31,025 nt of DNA, taken from positions 1 through 31,025 of IMG/VR virus record IMGVR_UViG_3300020044_008050; one strand, written 5' to 3'. Positions 8,557 through 18,051 of this stretch are shown here, in pieces. The notes beneath the pieces are model-generated. The model did not search any database. It saw nothing but the letters and a program-made list of their open reading frames with translations, and had not been told where the DNA came from. This DNA is from a virus (Duplodnaviria; Caudoviricetes). Positions within the stretch are counted from its first letter, which is position 1, and each line of letters begins with the position of its first letter. Position numbers and translations under genes: made by a program.

Positions 8557-9185
8557 GTTATGTCATGACATACAGCTCGCTGCTGGAGGATCTGCGTCGA
8601 TACCTTGAGCGCGGCTTCACTGAGCAAAGCGATCCTATCGTGTTTGAGCAGCTGCCCAGGCTAATTGCCCTGGCAGAGCGCCGCATCGCCACCGAACTCA
8701 AACTGCAGGGTTTTATCAGGGCCATGAATGTTACCCTGCCTGCCGGGGTGGCCGTCCTGCAGAAACCCGACCGCTGGCGCGACACCATCTCCATCACTGT
8801 CAACGGCACCCCCATCTTCACCCGCTCGTATGAGTACCTGCGCAATTTCTGGCCCGATGAAGCAGAAACCGGCCAGGTAGAACTGTACGCGGACTATGAC
8901 TACCAGCACTGGCTGTTTGCAGGCACCCCTGCCGTCAATACGCCGATGGAGATCCTGTATTACGAACTCCCGCAGCCGCTGGACGACGCCAACGAGCAGA
9001 ACTGGCTGACCAACTACGCGCCCAACCTGCTGCTGTACGCCTCGCTCCTTGAGGCCACCCCATTCCTGAAGAACGATGAGCGCATCCAGACCTGGCAGGC
9101 CATGTACGACCGGGCAGCGCAAAGTACGTCGGGTCAGGACATCCAGCGCATCATCGACCGCTCGGCCACGAGGACTGACGCATGA
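8553..9185 (+). CDS. Head-tail adaptor / tail tubular protein A-like
   Basis: 210 aa with MTY..L...., I.LAERRI..EL and NWLT.YAP.LLLYASLLEA.PFLKNDER...W motifs of podophage adaptor proteins. Start is TTG at 8553 or ATG at 8565. Confidence 0.75.
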   Translation: MSYVMTYSSLLEDLRRYLERGFTEQSDPIVFEQLPRLIALAERRIATELKLQGFIRAMNVTLPAGVAVLQKPDRWRDTISITVNGTPIFTRSYEYLRNFWPDEAETGQVELYADYDYQHWLFAGTPAVNTPMEILYYELPQPLDDANEQNWLTNYAPNLLLYASLLEATPFLKNDERIQTWQAMYDRAAQSTSGQDIQRIIDRSATRTDA

Positions 9186-10369
9186 CAACCTATTCCGATG
9201 TGTTTGGCGGCGCCAATATCTACCCAGCCGATATTTCGTATCGGGCGATCAGCCTGACCGCCAACGTCACCCTGAACTGGCCGACCGAGGCAGCGGCGTC
9301 CGGTAATTTCACCGCCAGGATCATGGATGTCACCGAAGACCAGGCTGGTCGAGTAATCAAGCTGCCCCCTGCCAACGAGGCTGGTGTTGGCGAGACCATC
9401 CTGTTCAACAACCTCGGATCCTACAGCTTCATCGTCCAGAACAACGCTGGCACGCAGATTCTGAGCGCAGCGGCTGGTACGGCCTGGCAGATTTACCTGT
9501 CCAACAACGGCACTGCAGCCGGAACCTGGCAGGTGTTTCAGTACGGCGCGTCAATCTCTGCAGCCAACGCCTCAACCCTGGCTGGAACTGGCCTGAAAGC
9601 CATCGGTACGGCCCTGTCCACCGCCATGCCGGTGAATACGTTCAACAGCAACTACACGGCTGGTACGTCCGACCGGGCCTTTACGTTTATCTGGACTTCG
9701 AGCGGGTCTGGCACCCTGACGCTGCCGGATCCTGTAACGGTCGGCAACGATTGGTTCATCGTGCTCCGCAACGCCGGTGGCGGCAACATCACGGTGACCC
9801 CAGGTGGCACGGCAACCATCGACGGGCTGGCGACACTCGCCTACCAGCCGGAGGAGTCGTCCATCATCGTGACCGATGGCGTGAACTTTTACACAATCGG
9901 CCTTGGCCAGCCTGCGACGTTTGCGTTCGATTACACATCCATCAGTATCGCAGGCACCGGCAACTACACTCTCGCTGGTAGCGAGCTCAACAGGATTGCC
10001 TACAACTTCACCGGCCTGCTGACTGGCAACCGTAATGTCATTGTGCCAAACACTGTCCAGCAGTATTGGGTCACCAACTCCACGACCGGATCCTACACCC
10101 TGACGGTCAAGACCTCGGGCGGGACTGGCATCACCATCTCTGCAGGCCAGCGCGGCATTTTCTACTGCGACGGGTCGGACGTTGTCGACGCGGATACCTC
10201 GACCATCTCGCTGCCGGTAGCTATCAACCAGGGCGGTACTGGCGCCATCACGGCCTCCGCTGCCAGGATTAACTTGGGCGCCACTACGGTCGGCGAGGCA
10301 TTGTTTACTGCGGCGTCTCAGTCGGCTGCTTGGGCGGCGCTCGGAACGCTCTCCGGAGGCACGTTCTAA
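9182..10369 (+). CDS. Virion structural protein, tail fibre-like
   Basis: 395 aa, rich in T/G/A/N beta-forming sequence, with the C-terminal fibre motif LPVAINQGGTGAITASAARINLG. Lies between the adaptor and nozzle genes. Confidence 0.7.
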   Translation: MTTYSDVFGGANIYPADISYRAISLTANVTLNWPTEAAASGNFTARIMDVTEDQAGRVIKLPPANEAGVGETILFNNLGSYSFIVQNNAGTQILSAAAGTAWQIYLSNNGTAAGTWQVFQYGASISAANASTLAGTGLKAIGTALSTAMPVNTFNSNYTAGTSDRAFTFIWTSSGSGTLTLPDPVTVGNDWFIVLRNAGGGNITVTPGGTATIDGLATLAYQPEESSIIVTDGVNFYTIGLGQPATFAFDYTSISIAGTGNYTLAGSELNRIAYNFTGLLTGNRNVIVPNTVQQYWVTNSTTGSYTLTVKTSGGTGITISAGQRGIFYCDGSDVVDADTSTISLPVAINQGGTGAITASAARINLGATTVGEALFTAASQSAAWAALGTLSGGTF

Positions 10370-12199
10370 ATGCCGATCCAGACGGTCGTCATAGCCTCCA
10401 AACCCGGCATCAAGCGTGATGGGACGGTGTTTGAGGGTGACAACTACACCGACGGCCAGTGGGTACGGTTCCAACGCAACCTACCCAGAAAAATTGCCGG
10501 ATACCGCTCGGTCAGCAAGTACCTGACCGAGATTTCGCGGGGCATCAGTGCCTGGACCCAGCAGGGTCTGCAGTACGTCCACAGCGGCGGTGAGAGCACG
10601 CTGGAGCGGTGCACAATTGACGCTGCTGGCAATACCTCCATCATCACGGATCGCACGCCCGGCGTAGCAGCAACCGGCTCTGTGACCCTTACAGGCGGTG
10701 CCAGCGGATCCGTCGACACGATCACTGTCAACGCAGTGAACATCATGTCTGGCTCGGTGGCGTACACCACCAGCCTGTCCAACACAGCGACCCTGGTGGC
10801 AGCAAACATCAACGCATTCTCGTCGGCCTACGATGCGGTTGCTGTCGGGGCTGTCATCACCATCACCTCCACAACTGAGGGCACCGGCCCCAACGGCTAC
10901 GTCGTGGCTGCAACCACCACGACCATCACGACCAGCACGACCAACATGGCCGGCGGCGAGTCTCCGCTCATCGACAGCGCCCTGAACCAGTGGATGTTTG
11001 ATTTCCAGTACGAACCCAGCGCGGCCCAGAACTACCTGATCGCGCACGTGGCGCCCAACCTCGAGTGCGTGTGCAACGACCTTGGTGGCCAGATCTTCTA
11101 CGGTGACGCCCTCGGGACTGCCAAGCTGCAGGAAATCGCTCTGCCTGCAGGCATGAACGCAACAGGCGGCATCGTGGTGCTCCACCCCTACCTTGTGTAC
11201 TACGGCACCGATGGCATGGTTGGCTGGTCCATCCCTGGTGACCCGACCGACCTGACAGGCTCTGGCAGCGGCCAGGCGCGTCCCTGGAGCCAGAAGTTCA
11301 TCAAGGCCATGCCACTACGCGCAGGTGCAGGAAACGCCCCAGCGGGCCTCCTGTGGGCCTACGACGCGGTCATCAGGATGTCGTTCTCTGGTGGTGCTTC
11401 CGTGTTCCAGTTCGACGTTATTGCTACCGAGACCTCAATCATGTCCCCCCAGTGTGTGGTGGACTATGACGGCGTGTTTTTCTGGTGTGGTGTGGACAGG
11501 TTCATGATGTTCAACGGCGTTGTCCGTGAGGTTGAAAACACCCTCAACCTGAACTTCTTCTTCGACAGCATTACCCCCGGCAACAGGCCCAAGGTCTTTG
11601 CGTTCAAGGTGCCTCGGTTCGGCGAGATATGGTGGTGCTACCCCAGGGGCGATGCGACCGAATGCACCCACGCGGTGATCTACAACGTCCGCGAGAACAC
11701 CTGGTACGACACTCCCCTGCCCAACTTTGGCCGCAGCGCAGGCGTCTACAACAACGGCCTCCTCGCCCCCATCTTGACCGGCGTGGTTCCGACCGATGAT
11801 GGGTACAAGGTCTGGCTGCATGAGAAGGGCACCAACGAGATTGACGGAATCAATCTACAACCTATCAACAGTTTCTTCACAACCGCTGACCTGTCGGTGG
11901 TGGCAACCCAGAGCCTGAACGCCAAAGTCCGGGTGATGGGTGTTGAGCCTGATTTTGTACAGTCTGGACCGATGACGCTGCAGGTGAGTGGCCGGGCCAA
12001 CGCTCGAGCGCCCAACGTGGTGAGCACGGTGTTTGAGTTCCCAGAGTCTGCCTCGCAGCCCTATGAAGAGATCGTCATGCTCAAGGAACAGCGCCGCGAG
12101 TTGCGCCTGACGTTTACGTCCAACGCGATCAATGGCGACTACCAGATGGGCCAGATTATTGCCCAGATAGATACTGGCGATCACACGGTGCTGGGATGA
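10370..12199 (+). CDS. Tail nozzle / tubular protein B (P22 gp10-like) with an inserted Thr-rich domain
   Basis: 609 aa with PGI.RDGT...Y.DGQWVRF...P.KI.G at the N-terminus and FFW.G...F..F.G and FGEIWWCYP....EC...VIYN..EN.W propeller motifs. Position in the tail cluster agrees. Confidence 0.7.
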   Translation: MPIQTVVIASKPGIKRDGTVFEGDNYTDGQWVRFQRNLPRKIAGYRSVSKYLTEISRGISAWTQQGLQYVHSGGESTLERCTIDAAGNTSIITDRTPGVAATGSVTLTGGASGSVDTITVNAVNIMSGSVAYTTSLSNTATLVAANINAFSSAYDAVAVGAVITITSTTEGTGPNGYVVAATTTTITTSTTNMAGGESPLIDSALNQWMFDFQYEPSAAQNYLIAHVAPNLECVCNDLGGQIFYGDALGTAKLQEIALPAGMNATGGIVVLHPYLVYYGTDGMVGWSIPGDPTDLTGSGSGQARPWSQKFIKAMPLRAGAGNAPAGLLWAYDAVIRMSFSGGASVFQFDVIATETSIMSPQCVVDYDGVFFWCGVDRFMMFNGVVREVENTLNLNFFFDSITPGNRPKVFAFKVPRFGEIWWCYPRGDATECTHAVIYNVRENTWYDTPLPNFGRSAGVYNNGLLAPILTGVVPTDDGYKVWLHEKGTNEIDGINLQPINSFFTTADLSVVATQSLNAKVRVMGVEPDFVQSGPMTLQVSGRANARAPNVVSTVFEFPESASQPYEEIVMLKEQRRELRLTFTSNAINGDYQMGQIIAQIDTGDHTVLG

Positions 12200-12429
12200 T
12201 AGCTGTCACTCGACCAACCTACATGAAATTGGGGGATTGGGCAGATCAGATGGTGTACGAGCTGGAAACCTACGGGCCTTTCAGCAAGCTGTTGGATGAG
12301 AATAAATGGCAGGACTGGGGGGTGCAGTTTCTGGCGCCGCTTGGCCTGGGTGGATACAACATCGCCAACCCCTACCAGTTTACTGACTGGAGGTTGTGGG
12401 CAGAGTACGTGGTGGGAGAACTGGCATGA
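12196..12429 (+). CDS. Small Trp-rich tail-cluster protein
   Basis: 77 aa with ATGA overlaps on both sides and a WQDW...NPYQFTDWRLWA motif. Confidence 0.65.
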   Translation: MIAVTRPTYMKLGDWADQMVYELETYGPFSKLLDENKWQDWGVQFLAPLGLGGYNIANPYQFTDWRLWAEYVVGELA

Positions 12430-14087
12430 TGCAGGGCTACGAGCGCAGCAAGGTCAAGGTTGGCGAACGTCCGGCCATTGAGGAGGAGCGGGAGATTTAT
12501 CTGCCCGACGAGTACCGCATGGGTGCGCCAGATCGCATGCCTATGATGGTCCGTGCGTTCGACCCTGACCGCGAAGGCTCTATGATGGGCTACATGACCT
12601 ACAAGAAGGGTGGCCTGCACAAAGCTGCCAACCAGGTCCGCAGTGCTGGTCGCCATGACGACACCATGCTCATCCATGTGAACGAGGAAGAGTTCCAGAA
12701 AATGCGGGAGATGTTCGGGGATCCGATCATGAACCCCGAGACCGGCCTGCCTGAATACGGGTTCTTCAAGAGCCTCAAGAAGGCATTCAAGAAGATCGCG
12801 CCCGTGCTCAGTGTGGCCGGCATGTTCGTCCCGGCCCTAAGCGTTGTTGGCAAGCTGGCGTCCGGTCTGGGGAAAATTGGTGTCACCAACGCGGCTCTGG
12901 CAAACACTCTGGCCGGCGCGGCAGTTGGCGGAGTCACTGGCGGGAAGAAAGGCGCCATCATGGGAGGCCTTGGCGGCTTTGCGTCGTCCCCCGGCGCAGC
13001 ACGCCAGATTGGCTCCATGGTGCCCGGTGTCCAGAATGAAGCCCTCCAGACGGCCATCGGTCGTGGCGTCGTTGGCGCTGGCGGTGCTGCCCTGACTGGG
13101 GGAGATCCGCTCTCCGCTGGCTTTACCGCCGCCGCTGCCGGGTACGGCGCTGACCAGTTGGCCGGCTCGCAGTTCGTCCAGCAGGGTCTGAGGAACAGCC
13201 CCTTGCTGCAGCAGGCGGCTCTGGGTGCGGCTCAGGGGCTTAACGTCGCAGGCCAGACTGGTGGTGACCTTGGCAAGGGCGCGTTGATTGGCGGTGCCTT
13301 GGGCGCGGCTACAAGCGCAGCAGACTCGGCTCTGGCCAGATTCAAGGGTGGCGACCAGGGTACATTCTCAGCAGTGCCGCAAGAATCGCCCCTACAGACA
13401 GCCCAGACCGGGCTTCCTGCAGCACAGGGCATGTCCCCGGCCACACAGGCTCCCATGACTGCGCAGATTGGTGCTGCCATGGCCCCAGTCATGAGCAACC
13501 TACTGTCCCGCCCAGAGGCCTCTATGGTCATCTCGCAGGCATCTCAGGTGGCAACCAAGGCAGAGGCCGTCCAGGCAGCCGCTGCTCTCGGTGCCAACCC
13601 TGACACGCGCCCTGTCTACGATGCCATGTCCAACTTCAAGATGTGCGACAACGCCCCGCATTTTGGTGCGTGCTTCTCGCAGAACTTTGGCACGTTCATG
13701 AACTCCATCAGCCAGAACTCGCCGAAACTGGGCGCCCCGATGGCCGCTAAAACTGGCGGCCTGGCACGGTATGCACAAGGTGGCTACGCCTCTGGCGGCT
13801 ACGCTTCAGGCGGTATGCCTGGTGTTGCATCGAGCATGGTTGAGCTGGCCGTAGGTGGTCCTGGCGATGGGCAGGACGATCAGATCCCGGCCCTGCTGTC
13901 GGATGGCGAGTTCATCATCCCGGCAGACGTAGTATCTGCGCTCGGATCCGGCTCGACCGATGCTGGCTCGAAAGCGTTGTACGACATGATCCATAACGTC
14001 CGTGGCTCTTACCGTAAGGCAGGGGTTAAAGACATTCCGCAGAAAGCGAAATCGCCTCTGCAGTACATGAAAGCGAGGGCCAAATAA
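12426..14087 (+). CDS. Internal virion (ejection-type) protein
   Basis: Likely start is ATG at 12426, overlapping the previous stop. Motifs GR..DTMLIHV...NPETGLPEYGFF, a Gly/Ala-rich hydrophobic middle, and C-terminal GPGDGQDDQIPALLSDGEFIIPADVVSALG. Confidence 0.65.
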   Translation: MMQGYERSKVKVGERPAIEEEREIYLPDEYRMGAPDRMPMMVRAFDPDREGSMMGYMTYKKGGLHKAANQVRSAGRHDDTMLIHVNEEEFQKMREMFGDPIMNPETGLPEYGFFKSLKKAFKKIAPVLSVAGMFVPALSVVGKLASGLGKIGVTNAALANTLAGAAVGGVTGGKKGAIMGGLGGFASSPGAARQIGSMVPGVQNEALQTAIGRGVVGAGGAALTGGDPLSAGFTAAAAGYGADQLAGSQFVQQGLRNSPLLQQAALGAAQGLNVAGQTGGDLGKGALIGGALGAATSAADSALARFKGGDQGTFSAVPQESPLQTAQTGLPAAQGMSPATQAPMTAQIGAAMAPVMSNLLSRPEASMVISQASQVATKAEAVQAAAALGANPDTRPVYDAMSNFKMCDNAPHFGACFSQNFGTFMNSISQNSPKLGAPMAAKTGGLARYAQGGYASGGYASGGMPGVASSMVELAVGGPGDGQDDQIPALLSDGEFIIPADVVSALGSGSTDAGSKALYDMIHNVRGSYRKAGVKDIPQKAKSPLQYMKARAK

Positions 14088-15460
14088 TGGGCGGCTTGTT
14101 TGAGGGTAACGTACGCCAAATTCCGTCAGGGTCTGAGACCACTGGCAATCAAACTCCGGCTTGGTATCAAAATCTCCTGTACGACCAGATGATGGCCGCA
14201 CGGACAGCTGCCTCGCAGTCGTTCGAGCCGTATGCGCTGCCTCGAGTGGCAGGCCAGACTCCCGACCAGACCGCAGCCTACCAGTCTGTCCGCCAGAACA
14301 TCGGCGCGTACCAGCCATCGTTTAATGTGGCCATGAAAGGCACCCAGTCACTGGCAGGGGAAACCCCTGGCGTTACGTCTGGCGTGGGATACATGCAGGC
14401 AGCTGCAGGGTACAACCCCATGCTCACCCAGCAGCCCTACGTCAACCAGTCTGCAGCAGAACTGGGTAACGCCCTCAAGCAGAATGCGTTCAACGTCGCA
14501 GCACCGTCGACCTACCAGGCGATGGGTATGTCAGGGTATGACACTGCGTCCCCCTACCTCAACCAATCGAATGCGCTGGGTCTTGGCTCGGCCCAAAGCT
14601 CGGCCCCCTTGGTTCAGGAATACCTCAACCCTTACAACACCGCGGTCACCAGCCAGATCGCCGGCCTTGGCGCCCGTAATTTGCAGGAAAACTTGTTGCC
14701 TGCAGTGTCCGACCAGTTCATCCGCGCTGGCCAGTTTGGTGGATCCCGCATGGGTGAGTTTGGCCAACGAGCACTGAGGGACACCCAAGAAGCGATACTA
14801 CGCGAACAGAACACAGCCTTGCAGCAGGGCTACGGCCAGGCGCTGGGTGCGGCTCAGACCGACCTGCAGAGACAGCTACAGGCTGCCCAGCAGCAAACCC
14901 AGCTTGGACAGACGGCTGGTGGTCTCACCCAGGCGCAGCAAGACATTCTGATGCGTGGCGGCTCCAGCTTGGCAGGCATTCGCGCCCAAGACTTGGACCG
15001 GATTATGCAGGGTGCGCAGCAGTATGCTGGTCTTGGTCAGCAGGTCGCTGGCGCCACTCAGCAGTATGGTTCAGCTCTGCAGAACATCGGCCAAGGCATC
15101 GGCAGTCTCAGTCTGAATGAGGCCCAGCGTCAGCAGAGTGCTTTGGGTCAGCTTGCGGATCTCGGCATGAACCAGCAGCGCATGGTTGCCCAGGATGCAG
15201 CTGCACTGGAAGCCATCGGCCAGTCCCAGCAGGCGCAGAAACAGCGTGAACTGGATACAGCCTACCAGCAGTTCCAAGATCAGCAGAGATACCCGCAGCA
15301 AATGCTGGACTGGTATCAGGCGCAGCTTAAAGGCACTGGTCAGTATCTGCCGTCGACAACAACGCAATCGGGTTACACTACGCAGATTGGCCCGTCGCCG
15401 TTGTCACAATTGGCCTCTGGCCTGGGCGCTTACAAAGGCCTCACCAGCCTGAACGATTAA
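14087..15460 (+). CDS. Gln-rich internal virion (ejection/DNA transfer-type) protein
   Basis: 457 aa, Q/A/G-rich and helical, with YLNPY, GQFGGSR and AYQQFQDQQRYP motifs. TAATG overlap with the upstream gene. Confidence 0.7.
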   Translation: MGGLFEGNVRQIPSGSETTGNQTPAWYQNLLYDQMMAARTAASQSFEPYALPRVAGQTPDQTAAYQSVRQNIGAYQPSFNVAMKGTQSLAGETPGVTSGVGYMQAAAGYNPMLTQQPYVNQSAAELGNALKQNAFNVAAPSTYQAMGMSGYDTASPYLNQSNALGLGSAQSSAPLVQEYLNPYNTAVTSQIAGLGARNLQENLLPAVSDQFIRAGQFGGSRMGEFGQRALRDTQEAILREQNTALQQGYGQALGAAQTDLQRQLQAAQQQTQLGQTAGGLTQAQQDILMRGGSSLAGIRAQDLDRIMQGAQQYAGLGQQVAGATQQYGSALQNIGQGIGSLSLNEAQRQQSALGQLADLGMNQQRMVAQDAAALEAIGQSQQAQKQRELDTAYQQFQDQQRYPQQMLDWYQAQLKGTGQYLPSTTTQSGYTTQIGPSPLSQLASGLGAYKGLTSLND

Positions 15461-15471
15461 GGAGAGCGGGT

Positions 15472-18051
15472 ATGACCACTTTGAGTCCAGGTAGTTATGG
15501 TGGCGATGTCTCAGCCTCCGTTATTGTGTATGGGCCTGACGGCAAGATGTACCCCAATCCGGCAGCCGCAATGGCAGCTGGCGTAACGAATTACACGATG
15601 ACGCCGCCTGCCACTACTGGCACCGCTCCGGTAGCAAACATCCCGACCTACGGATACGAACTGCAACGGATGATGCAGCAGTACGGGGTGAGTGCTCCGG
15701 TGGCTCCGCGCACCTCGGACCAGAAGCTGCTTGATCAGTATTTCTCAAAACTGAACACACCCATGTACGAGCAGCCCAGCGGCAACGCACTGTTCAACAA
15801 GTACCTCGACATCGGTATGGGCAAGGTTGCTGCACCCTCTGGCCCGATGACCGATTTCTTCCCAGGTCAGGCTGTGTGCCCAGAGGGTCAGCGGTATGAT
15901 CCTGTGACCACCAAGTGCGTCAGTGTCACCGCGCCTGGTGGCGTAGCAGAGGCTGGACGAATCACCACCGGCACGCCGAACATCGGTGGCAACCAGTGCC
16001 CTCCCGGATTCAATTTCGACCCGGCAACCCGCAGCTGTGTGCCGACACCGATCACCGGCATCCCTGTGGACAACAGGTCGATCAGTGAGCAGCAGCCAAT
16101 GCCGACCTGTCCGCCCAACACCACGCTGGACCCGGTGAACAGGATCTGCATACCGAAAGGCTGCCCTGCCGGGTACGAGATGGACGCAAGCGGGAACTGT
16201 GTGGCCAAGTCCATGCAGGTGCCGTGCCCGCCCGGTTTCACTCGCGATGCTGCCAGTGGCGCGTGCATTCAGGATGAGGTTCGGGGGCCCGGAAGTATAA
16301 CTCCAGAGCCTATAACTCCAACTCCAGAGCCTATAACTCCAAAACCTATAACTCCAGAGCCTATAACTCCAAAACCTATAACTCCAGAGCCATGCCTGCC
16401 CGGCTACGTCCGCAATAGTGCCGGAGCATGCGTGCCGGATCCTGAGCAGGTCGCACTGGTCAACAAGTATTATGGCAAGGGCGCTGGCGGGTACGACCTG
16501 TACTCTGCAGTGCAGAAAGGCGACCTGAATCTCAACGTGGCGCGTGATGTGATCGGTGCCGACGTTGTGGATCCGTGGCTGTCCAAGGCCGTCGACCCTG
16601 ACAAGACCTTCAGCTCGTGGGCAATTCAAAACCTCGCCACGCAGCGCGACAATAACCAGCAGGCCACTGGAGGCTCGGGAGCAGAGAAGCTGTTCGACCT
16701 CTACCAGCAAGGCTCTGTTGGCCTGGGAGAGATTGAGGACGCGCTTGGCAAGACCAAGGTGCAAAACTGGATGAAGGCGTACAGGCCCGATGCGTATAAG
16801 AGCGCCTACGGTCTGGCAGAGGGAGGCCGAGTGGACTTTGACAGCATGGTGAAAAAATACCAGGTCGGCGGTCTGAACCGCATGTCCGGTTTCAATCCAA
16901 TGGTCATGGGCCAGCAAGAGGAAGACCCCTACACGCCTCCGATGTTCATTGAGCCTGGCCTGCGCGACATGATGGATCGCTACGACATGCGACCCGAGCA
17001 GATGATCCGCTCTGGCTCGATGGCCGCAGCCCCTGCAGCCGCTCCGTCCATCACGGCTCCACAGTCCATGGCTACACCCCAGCCCGGCATGATGTCGGCC
17101 CGTGAGCGGTACGATGAGGCTGCTGGCCGCCTGCGCAGTACGATTGAAGAACTGAGCCAAGCGGCGCCCTCAAAAGGCCCGTCCAAGGCTGAGATGTATT
17201 TCCGTCTTGCTGCAGCGTTCGGTCGTCCAACCGCGACCGGCAATTTCTTCGAGAGCCTCGGTGAGGCAGGACAGGAGATGGCTCAGTACAAGGCCGAGCA
17301 GCGTGCTGCTGAATCGTCGTCTGCAGAACAGCGTCGCAACCTTGCCCTGGAACTGGCCAAGTTCGATGTCACACAAGCGAAAGACCTCATGCAGGCGGAG
17401 CGCGAATTGATGTCGGCACAAGGCCCGTATGGCAAACAAGCTGCAGATGAAGGCCTCGTTCGTGGTACGCCGGCATTCACAGCGCGTGTTCAAGAGTTGT
17501 CGGAGCAGGCGCTTGAACAAGAGCGACTGAAATACGCGACGCAAGTGTTGCGCGAAGAACGCTTGGGGAGCGCAATCCCCGCCGGAATGCAGGCTCGAGC
17601 AGCTGAAAAAGCGGACATTATTGACGCATCAAATACGGCGCTCGCAACGCTACAAGAAGCACTGCGTATAAACCCAGTGACGTATGGTGGTGGCTGGAGA
17701 GAGTTTACTGAGCGAATGGCCACGGGTGATTTTGATCCCGACAGTCCACAGGCAAAAGCAACCGCAACCCAGGCAAATTTGCTTGAGCGCGGAGCCTTGC
17801 AGCAGTTGAAAATTATTTTCTCTGGTGCAACGTCTGATCAGGAAAGCCGTATGCTGCTTGCAATGGAGGGTCTGGGAAGTGTCTCGCGTGATGTTCGAGC
17901 AGATATTATTCAAAACTCAATCAGCCTGATTGAGGCAAGAAAACAAGGTGCTGAAAAAGCGTTGAGCGATATTCAGGGACGCCGCTTTGCAAGCTATGGC
18001 GACATTGGTATAGAAGGTACTGAACAAGAGGGTATGGGTAATGGCGAATGA
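15472..18051 (+). CDS. Internal virion protein with Cys-rich repeats and a C-terminal helical region
   Basis: 859 aa, SD AAGGAG, six C-P/L-x10-11-C units, an ITP(E/K)P linker, LAEGG and YQVGG motifs, and a helical C-terminal half. Confidence 0.65.
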   Translation: MTTLSPGSYGGDVSASVIVYGPDGKMYPNPAAAMAAGVTNYTMTPPATTGTAPVANIPTYGYELQRMMQQYGVSAPVAPRTSDQKLLDQYFSKLNTPMYEQPSGNALFNKYLDIGMGKVAAPSGPMTDFFPGQAVCPEGQRYDPVTTKCVSVTAPGGVAEAGRITTGTPNIGGNQCPPGFNFDPATRSCVPTPITGIPVDNRSISEQQPMPTCPPNTTLDPVNRICIPKGCPAGYEMDASGNCVAKSMQVPCPPGFTRDAASGACIQDEVRGPGSITPEPITPTPEPITPKPITPEPITPKPITPEPCLPGYVRNSAGACVPDPEQVALVNKYYGKGAGGYDLYSAVQKGDLNLNVARDVIGADVVDPWLSKAVDPDKTFSSWAIQNLATQRDNNQQATGGSGAEKLFDLYQQGSVGLGEIEDALGKTKVQNWMKAYRPDAYKSAYGLAEGGRVDFDSMVKKYQVGGLNRMSGFNPMVMGQQEEDPYTPPMFIEPGLRDMMDRYDMRPEQMIRSGSMAAAPAAAPSITAPQSMATPQPGMMSARERYDEAAGRLRSTIEELSQAAPSKGPSKAEMYFRLAAAFGRPTATGNFFESLGEAGQEMAQYKAEQRAAESSSAEQRRNLALELAKFDVTQAKDLMQAERELMSAQGPYGKQAADEGLVRGTPAFTARVQELSEQALEQERLKYATQVLREERLGSAIPAGMQARAAEKADIIDASNTALATLQEALRINPVTYGGGWREFTERMATGDFDPDSPQAKATATQANLLERGALQQLKIIFSGATSDQESRMLLAMEGLGSVSRDVRADIIQNSISLIEARKQGAEKALSDIQGRRFASYGDIGIEGTEQEGMGNGE
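16297..16392 (+). repeat. 15-bp coding tandem repeat ATAACTCCA(G/A)A(G/A)CCT
   Basis: Five full units plus 9-nt and 12-nt partial units (96 nt in total), encoding ITPEP/ITPKP. Confidence 0.95.

Noticed and set aside
2327-11821. Long minus-strand ORFs (2327..3052, 9572..10474, 10481..11185 and others)
   Set aside because: Antisense shadows of well-supported plus-strand genes, caused by codon bias.
15745-17160. 471-aa minus-strand ORF with WSYR repeats
   Set aside because: Antisense shadow of the 859-aa gene; its repeats are just the reverse complement of the ITPEP minisatellite.
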